From Patescibacteria group bacterium (GTDB taxonomy: Bacteria > Patescibacteriota > Minisyncoccia > UBA6257 > 2-01-FULL-56-20), in assembly GCA_024654525.1 (NCBI GenBank), contig JANLHI010000013.1, positions 18,036-82,035 of the forward strand: 64,000 nucleotides of DNA, in the 5' to 3' direction. A model generated the notes under the pieces. It did not search any database. It was not told the origin of the DNA and was given only the letters and a program-made list of their open reading frames with translations. The position numbers and the translations under genes are program-made. The first letter of the stretch is position 1; each line of letters opens with the position of its first letter. Positions 58,426 through 64,000 of this stretch are shown here, piece after piece.

Positions 58426-58728
58426 CTATTTAAAAACCGGAGGCACTTTCAAGTAACCGTTTTCCTTTTCCGGAAACAACTCTTCACCCGCGCCTCGGTT
58501 GGTGCTTTCGCGCTCGGTGTCATCGCGGAATACGTTTATAAGAGTAGTTCCACCCGTAAGCGGTGTAACGTTTGTTACTTCGAGCTCTTTTAGAGAGTCA
58601 AAATATCCAAGAATTGCACTAAGGTCCTTAAGGAGTTTAGCCTCTTCCGTGGGGTCAAGCTTGATTCGCGCGAGCTCTGCGAGATGTTCAAGGTCTTTTG
58701 TGGAGATTATATCGGACATTCCCTGCAT
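58426..58728 (-). CDS. gatC: Asp/Glu-tRNA amidotransferase subunit C
   Basis: 100 aa, GatC-like (LAELARIKL...LKDL..IL.Y...L.E.....V.P). Sits immediately upstream of gatA. Confidence 0.8.
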   Translation of the reverse strand: MQGMSDIISTKDLEHLAELARIKLDPTEEAKLLKDLSAILGYFDSLKELEVTNVTPLTGGTTLINVFRDDTERESTNRGAGEELFPEKENGYLKVPPVFK

Positions 58729-58784
58729 TTTACATGTGCTGTGGGGAAATACAAAATCACGCCGATAAAAATAAGTCCGAATGA

Positions 58785-60173
58785 TTATCGGAGTTTGCGC
58801 ACCAATTCTTTGAATTGTTCTCCGCGGTCGGCGTAGTCCTTAAACATATCGAAGCTTGTGGCGCCGGGAGAGAAAAGGATAGTGGTAAATTTTGAATTTG
58901 TTTGCGTATCGGCAGGGTAGGGAGTTTTAAGTTTGGAATAACGATATGCAATGTGCACCGCATTTTTTAGACTACTTGCTACTTGCAGTTCGCAATTCGT
59001 CCCCTGAAGCGCATGTTTAATCTTGTGTGTATTTTCTCCCATAAGCACTACGAGTTTCACCGGATGTTTTTTTAGTGCGTTTGCAAGCGGAGCGTAGTCA
59101 AGATTTTTATCTTGCCCTCCGACAATTACCACCACGGGAATTTTGAGTTTTATACGCAAGTTGGCGGGTTGAATTTGGAATGACTGTATTGCGGCAGCGG
59201 TCGTATGGGGATTGGTTGATGAAGAATCGTTATAAAAACGAACACCGTGAAGCGTACGGACAAGTTCAAGGCGGTGTTCATTGCCCCGAAATGACATCAC
59301 GGTGCGTGTAATAACTGCACGCGAAATTTTAAGCGATCGAGCAATCGTTGCCGCCATTACGGCATTTTTAAAATTATGCATGCCCACGAGTTTTAGATCA
59401 CCAAGAGAGAATATATCGAATTGTGTTTCGTCCACCGCTATTTTTTTCCCCGGACTTTGATATGCAATGCGCCGACTTATAGGATTTTTTGCGAAGAAAA
59501 ATATCGAGTCAGCTTTTTTTTGATGAAACGCAATGTTTTCTTTCGCACGGTAGTATTCCGTCACGCTTGTGTGTGCATCTTGGTGGTCGGGGAACATATC
59601 GAGTACGGCGGCAATATGAGGAGATTGGTTGAGATCTTGAAGCTGAAAGCTGGAAAGTTCCAATATTATACAACTGGTAGCGGGTAGTGAGTAGTGAGTA
59701 GATAAAAGATCGAGGGCGGGTTTGCCGATATTTCCGGCGAGATACACTTTCTTTCCCGCCGCTTTGAGTATTTTGTAGAGGAGCGTGCAGGTAGTACCTT
59801 TTCCTTTCGTGCCGGTGACGCCGATAATGCATGGTGATTGATAGGTGGTAGGTGGTAGGTTTTGGAGGAAGCGTGAGTTCAATTCTTCAAAAAATAATTT
59901 GGTTGCACTCGAAATTTCCACACCATGTTTTTTTGCGGCTTGGATTTCTGGAAGGAGATATGGAATTCCCGGAGAGCGGAATATTATGTTGAATTCCTTG
60001 AGGTGTTCGAGATATTGAGATCCCAAATATGCATGTATGCCGCGGGGAAGCGCGAGTTTTTTCCGTTTATCAAGCATCCATACTTCAGCGTTTTTAAATT
60101 TGGGTGATTGTTTGAAAAAGCGAAGTAGTGACTGTCCCTCGCGCCCAAACCCCAAGATGGCGATTTTTAGCAT
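58785..60173 (-). CDS. murD: UDP-N-acetylmuramoylalanine--D-glutamate ligase
   Basis: Mur ligase P-loop GVTGTKGKGTT, MurD-like N-terminal Rossmann segment and C-terminal domain. Contains an LPPTTY insert from a heptamer tract. Confidence 0.88.
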   Translation of the reverse strand: MLKIAILGFGREGQSLLRFFKQSPKFKNAEVWMLDKRKKLALPRGIHAYLGSQYLEHLKEFNIIFRSPGIPYLLPEIQAAKKHGVEISSATKLFFEELNSRFLQNLPPTTYQSPCIIGVTGTKGKGTTCTLLYKILKAAGKKVYLAGNIGKPALDLLSTHYSLPATSCIILELSSFQLQDLNQSPHIAAVLDMFPDHQDAHTSVTEYYRAKENIAFHQKKADSIFFFAKNPISRRIAYQSPGKKIAVDETQFDIFSLGDLKLVGMHNFKNAVMAATIARSLKISRAVITRTVMSFRGNEHRLELVRTLHGVRFYNDSSSTNPHTTAAAIQSFQIQPANLRIKLKIPVVVIVGGQDKNLDYAPLANALKKHPVKLVVLMGENTHKIKHALQGTNCELQVASSLKNAVHIAYRYSKLKTPYPADTQTNSKFTTILFSPGATSFDMFKDYADRGEQFKELVRKLR

Positions 60174-60199
60174 TTCCTACATCATTCCATTGAATTGAT

Positions 60200-60227
60200 A
60201 CTTTGACAATCTTGGTTTAAAACGTAT
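60200..60227 (+). promoter_or_regulatory. consensus sigma70 promoter for the tRNA gene
   Basis: TTGACA, 16 nt, TATAAT, ending 8 nt before the tRNA 5' end. Confidence 0.55.
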
Positions 60228-60235
60228 AATTTCCC

Positions 60236-60310
60236 CGCGGGGTGGAGCAGCCCGGTTAGCTCGTCAGGCCCATAACCTGAAGGTCGCTGGTTCAAATCCA
60301 GCCCCCGCAA
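60236..60310 (+). tRNA. tRNA-Met (anticodon CAT), initiator-like
   Basis: Cloverleaf with a C1:A72 mismatch and A73. Anticodon loop CCCATAA. T loop TTCAAAT. Confidence 0.75.
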
Positions 60311-60543
60311 CATGCTTCGGTTTCATGGTGAGAGGGACATGTCATTTTTTACTAAAAATATGCATTCTATCTCCTCACCTGCGTTCGTCCGATACGCCCT
60401 CTCAACATGAAATCCTCCGCTTTTATTTTTCTGCTGAAAACACGCCTAAATTTTGTCGTTAAGCTTCTCTGATTACCCTCTCTAAAATAAAAACCTTCGC
60501 TATTCTCATTTCCCCTTTTTCTTGATATTGTGGAAACGCAATT

Positions 60544-60618
60544 GCCGATGTAGCTCAGTGGCAGAGCAGACGTTTCATAAGCGTCAGGTCGCAGGTTCGA
60601 TCCCTGCCGTCGGCACCA
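60544..60618 (+). tRNA. tRNA with CAT anticodon (elongator Met or Ile2/lysidine), CCA encoded
   Basis: Acceptor GCCGATG/CGTCGGC, anticodon loop TTCATAA, T loop TTCGATC, 3' ACCA present. Confidence 0.8.
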
Positions 60619-60658
60619 AAATACAAACCCGCCAAATGATTGGCGGGTTTGTATTTTG
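60619..60658 (+). terminator. strong rho-independent terminator
   Basis: ATACAAACCCGCCAA-atga-TTGGCGGGTTTGTAT followed by TTTTGG. Confidence 0.7.
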
Positions 60659-60865
60659 GTGCCACTGCGGACTCGGTTTTGCGAAAACTATTTTTGGGAT
60701 GAAAAGGATTTTCGCACAATCTCGACTGAATTTTTGTCCGTCCGCAGGAGGGGCTTTGGCCGTAAGCTCATCCGAACGGGTGTGGCTGCCTCGTCGAGAC
60801 GACGAGTCGAGGCCTGGCCAAGGGCGGCAGCGAGGCGAACGAGGAATGCGGGCAGAAAATATATT

Positions 60866-61288
60866 TTAATTTACCTCAGAATTGAGTATCGCGATTAAAT
60901 CTTCCCGAGTCTTATACAAGTAAACCCCCACATTTTTGTTTCCCTTTATCATTGCTGAAAGTTTCAAGGTATCTTCTCCGTTATAGAGAGCGATGACTTT
61001 TTTATTTAAATGAATCGCTTGCGCAATAAGATATCCTACGCCCAGGCTTGGCGTGGTTACTTCAGCGACGACTACGTCGCTTTTGTGAAGTGTATCAAGC
61101 TCCCGATCGTGGATTTCTTCTTTTTCCAGATCAGTTTCGCCGTATTCGCCGAGAGATTTGTCCGCCACATGTTCCGAAAGAACAGTTCCATACTGCTCAA
61201 GGATTTCTACAATCTCAGCATAGTGCGGCTGGTTAACTCTTCCCCCGCGAATTGAGCCCATAAAAAAGATTTTTTTATCAGTTTTCAT
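60866..61288 (-). CDS. DNPH1/Rcl-like 2'-deoxynucleoside 5'-phosphate N-hydrolase (nucleoside 2-deoxyribosyltransferase superfamily)
   Basis: Matches the DNPH1 signature blocks FMGSIRGGR, GTVLSEHVA, DVVVAEVTTPSLGVGY and LSAMIKG. Alignment is from memory of human DNPH1. Confidence 0.75.
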   Translation of the reverse strand: MKTDKKIFFMGSIRGGRVNQPHYAEIVEILEQYGTVLSEHVADKSLGEYGETDLEKEEIHDRELDTLHKSDVVVAEVTTPSLGVGYLIAQAIHLNKKVIALYNGEDTLKLSAMIKGNKNVGVYLYKTREDLIAILNSEVN

Positions 61289-62091
61289 TTTTTGATGAAG
61301 AGAAGACTTTTATCTTTTGCCTTTGGCCATATCGACAGGAAAAGATTTTGCTGCATGGCGTAGAGAGCAATGTCCTCAATAAGGATTGCGGTTGGCTCGC
61401 GCTCATCATAGCTCGCGTAGAGTATTTTACCGTCGTAGAGCATGAGGTCAACGTCAAAGTGCTTCACGATTTTTTCTTCTACGCTTTTGAACTTCGTGAA
61501 ATCATCATATTTTCTTTTTGAAAAGTAGTGTGCCGATTCCTTGTTTTCAGAAAATATGATATTTTTTTGTATTTTCTTCATAATCCGCCTCTGCTCATGG
61601 AGCTCCCGTACCTCAAGTCCGGGTTTCTTCTTTCCCAGTGTTTCGTACGCAAGAATTATTTTTGGCCGGGAAATGATGATGTCCTCAAGTGCTTTTCTGT
61701 ATTCTTCAATGCCCTCAAAGATTCGCACGCCCGGACGAACTCCCCCGAGTCGGTACCGGGTTTTAAGCTCGGGGATAATTTCTCGTACTGCGTGAGCTTG
61801 TTTCTCAAATTCCTTTTCCCGCTCAGCGAGAAGTTCATACAACCGCTCCGGATTCTCTGCGATGTAGAGTGTGCGCCATTTGTCTTTTGAGGTAGAAACC
61901 AACCCCTTCTGGGAGAGCTGGTTCAGCACGTAATAGAGCATGGTGCGTGGGAAAGGAGAACGAGTGGCGAGTTCTTGCACCGTGCTTTTCGGATATTTAA
62001 GCATAACCGAGTAAAGCAGGGCTTCGTTTTCACTTAAGCCGAGCTTTTCTAAAACGCCCACTATATTGTTCTTTTGTTTTGTGTTTTTCAT
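61285..62091 (-). CDS. TrmB-family transcriptional regulator-like protein
   Basis: N-terminal wHTH (LGLSENEALLYSVMLKYPKSTVQELATRSPFPRTMLYYVLNQLSQKGLV) plus a TrmB-like C-domain. The stop overlaps the DNPH1-like start (ATGA). Confidence 0.65.
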   Translation of the reverse strand: MKNTKQKNNIVGVLEKLGLSENEALLYSVMLKYPKSTVQELATRSPFPRTMLYYVLNQLSQKGLVSTSKDKWRTLYIAENPERLYELLAEREKEFEKQAHAVREIIPELKTRYRLGGVRPGVRIFEGIEEYRKALEDIIISRPKIILAYETLGKKKPGLEVRELHEQRRIMKKIQKNIIFSENKESAHYFSKRKYDDFTKFKSVEEKIVKHFDVDLMLYDGKILYASYDEREPTAILIEDIALYAMQQNLFLSIWPKAKDKSLLFIKK

Positions 62092-62299
62092 ATTGTAATT
62101 CCCTCGGTCTTTTAATGGTTGTAAAATAGATATTTACAAACTACCCATGAATCAGTTGAAGTTTCAGCACTATACAATAAGCTCTCCCTAGCTGTCAAGA
62201 ACCTATTTGAACCCGCCGTGTGGCAGGTGTAAGAGTTGGATTGACAGGTTTTTTGATAAAAACAGGTGGCGACAGCCCGCTTGTAAATTAGGAAAAAGT

Positions 62300-62878
62300 A
62301 TGAAAAATCAAACACAAACATTTCATCTTAGCCAAGTCCTTGATGTGTTAGCGCAACGTCTCATCTCTCACACTTCAAAAATCGACGGTCTGGTTGAAAT
62401 ACTTGAGTTCATGACTGGTGATAAAATCTTAGACTTCAATCATTTTCGGATGCTGAAGGACGCATGCGAGGACGCTCTGCTCCAGAAATTTCCAGTGCTC
62501 GGCTCGCCCGAGATGGAAGCGGCGTGGAAGAAGTTGGAGGAGGCGATAAGGGCACAGAAAATCGAACCTACTGATGAAGGGTGCAGCATGTTGCGGAAAA
62601 TAAACAATGATTGGTTGGCGAAAATAGGCGACGGTACCTTCGGTGTTAGGCTGGTCTTGTGTGACCCGCCCTCAGAAGAGGAAGTTCGTACGCGGTGGGA
62701 TTTGTCTTTCATTTTGGGTAGATTGCCTGATAGTCCACACAAATTCCCGCCCCCGATATGTGACTACTTCCTCGAAGTGGCGCAACTGTCGGCAGGTGAG
62801 CACACGCACGTCAACCCGATTCAACAACTCATCGCCATGACGCCGCCCGAGAAGCTCGTCCACGTAATTCTCCCTTGA
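62300..62878 (+). CDS. hypothetical protein (193 aa)
   Basis: ORF divergent from the TrmB-like gene. No recognisable motif. Start chosen at MKNQTQ. Confidence 0.45.
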   Translation: MKNQTQTFHLSQVLDVLAQRLISHTSKIDGLVEILEFMTGDKILDFNHFRMLKDACEDALLQKFPVLGSPEMEAAWKKLEEAIRAQKIEPTDEGCSMLRKINNDWLAKIGDGTFGVRLVLCDPPSEEEVRTRWDLSFILGRLPDSPHKFPPPICDYFLEVAQLSAGEHTHVNPIQQLIAMTPPEKLVHVILP

Positions 62879-62979
62879 AGAATGGCAAATATGGTCAAGG
62901 ATGGCCGCACAAATTGCTGTGCGCCCTCCGACCAAACTCATGAGTACAGAAAGTAATTGAAACTAACGAAAGAAAAGAT

Positions 62980-63744
62980 ATGAAAAGTATGTCATTCGAC
63001 CAGGCGATTGCTGCTTGGCAAAAACGGGAACCCACGAAGCCTCCGCTCACATTGCCGACCCGCCTGCGCGCGGTTGTAGTATGGATGGCGGCGAATACGA
63101 AATTCGCTCAGGGCGTGAAGAGAAATCAAACAACTCGGGAACTAGCTCTGCTTATGCGAGACTACTTTCGAGCTTTCGCGCTTATGGTCGCGCAGTACCC
63201 GAGGCGGAGTGTTGCGCTTGGAATCGCGATCAACTATCCCCCCGGATCATGTACGCGGTGTGGGAAGGACCGATGTAAGTGTCCGCCGGGTCTCAAAACC
63301 AAAATTTTGGACCAGGAGATCAATCCAGAATGGCTGAAAGAGTCTATTTACTCTGTGCAGACGCGCATGCGCAAACTTTACCATGCCGCCAATATGTTAA
63401 ATGGAGGATGGTGGAATATGCTCGCGCGATATTACCTCGAGGTCCACGAGGCATTCGATGAGGATTTAGCCGAGATGGCCGAGTCGCTTAGATTGCTCAC
63501 AGAGGGCGACAACAGCCAATTAAATGGGGATCCGGATGAGAGACAATCTGAAGAAAGCCTCATCAAAAAGAACATAGAGTTTGGGGATTTGATGATTTGG
63601 CTAGCAGTTGTAGCCAACATGCTCGATATCCCGTTAAACAAAGTCGCAGATCCCGAATGGGATATGACCAGCTTCGTCTTTGCAGACGAAATCAAACTGG
63701 CACAGGGCGAGTTCGAGATCAGCGATCAATCACTATCAGTCTAA
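62980..63744 (+). CDS. protein with CxxC..CxC motif and a C-terminal MazG-like NTP-pyrophosphohydrolase domain
   Basis: MazG-type acidic helices YLEVHEAFDED...EFGDLMIWLAVVANMLDIPL. Upstream segment CTRCGKDRCKC. Confidence 0.5.
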   Translation: MKSMSFDQAIAAWQKREPTKPPLTLPTRLRAVVVWMAANTKFAQGVKRNQTTRELALLMRDYFRAFALMVAQYPRRSVALGIAINYPPGSCTRCGKDRCKCPPGLKTKILDQEINPEWLKESIYSVQTRMRKLYHAANMLNGGWWNMLARYYLEVHEAFDEDLAEMAESLRLLTEGDNSQLNGDPDERQSEESLIKKNIEFGDLMIWLAVVANMLDIPLNKVADPEWDMTSFVFADEIKLAQGEFEISDQSLSV

Positions 63745-63762
63745 TAGGAAGGAGACGAATCA

Positions 63763-64000
63763 TGGAAACAAATGAGAATAAGTTCGAAAACTTGATCCGT
63801 GTCAATCTGTCGGTCCGTCCGGTCTATCCTGCCTGGGTGAAGGAGGTAATGCATCCCCACCTCGAAATGACGGGTCTTGCCGAATATTATCTTCGTACCC
63901 TGGGACGGTGGCTGCCGACGGAGAACTATAAGGGGTGCTCTACGTCCGGTTCTATATACAGAGAACTTGTGCAAAAGGCTCTTATCAAGGACTGTTTCGG
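63763..64000 (+). CDS. hypothetical protein, 5' portion only (runs off the window)
   Basis: ATG at 63763 with an AGGAG-like RBS (GGAAGGAGA). Open to the window edge. Confidence 0.4.

Noticed and set aside
60735-60850. SRP RNA (ffs) candidate based on the AGGCCTGGCCAAGGGCGGCAGC resemblance to the domain IV motif.
   Set aside because: The predicted fold is multi-branched rather than a single long hairpin, and the 5'/3' ends do not pair. Kept only as an unclassified structured region.

Overview
The window reads as a small-genome bacterial chromosome segment. Gene content suggests a Patescibacteria/CPR-like organism; this is an inference from gene content only. It mixes housekeeping genes (recA, ftsK, a phosphohexomutase, a NifS/IscS-type cysteine desulfurase, htrA, clpB, ligA, gatC-gatA, murD, HU) with cell-surface and accessory content. 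Gene density is high and coding is on both strands.

Main recognisable blocks:
- Type IV pilus / competence locus (36.6-48.6 kb): comF divergent from pilM-pilN-pilO-orf-pilB-pilT-pilC-pilin-pilD plus four minor-pilin-like genes; no secretin gene is present.
- A 1155-aa Ser/Thr-rich surface protein with a PG-binding domain, followed by two tandem Wzy_C (O-antigen-ligase-like)+TPR paralogs.
- An ECF sigma / anti-sigma / secreted-protein operon.
- A RelE/ParE toxin-antitoxin pair beside a truncated HicB-like gene and a duplicated 125-nt gene fragment.
- Five tRNAs: Arg-GCG, Gly-GCC, Asp-GTC, and two CAT tRNAs, one with an initiator-like C1:A72.

Observations most worth follow-up:
1. A TrmB-like regulator translationally coupled to a DNPH1/Rcl-like deoxynucleotide N-glycosidase, divergent from a CxxC + MazG-like pyrophosphohydrolase and unknown genes (60.8-64 kb). 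It is a candidate nucleotide-sanitising or defence module.
2. A ~445-bp GIY-YIG mini-element at the 3' end of tRNA-Asp, bounded by a 16-bp direct repeat of the tRNA end, followed by an AT-rich island. The island carries a GDSL hydrolase, a Cys/His protein, a Zn-ribbon protein, a P-loop kinase and a 612-aa cysteine-rich, internally duplicated protein.
3. tRNA-Arg followed by a 49-bp direct repeat of its own 3' end.
4. Period-7 (heptanucleotide) repeat tracts embedded in frame in the cysteine desulfurase, pilD and murD.
5. A ~175-nt candidate sRNA bounded by a consensus promoter and a terminator.
6. A 24-bp inverted repeat between two RNase-H-fold genes.
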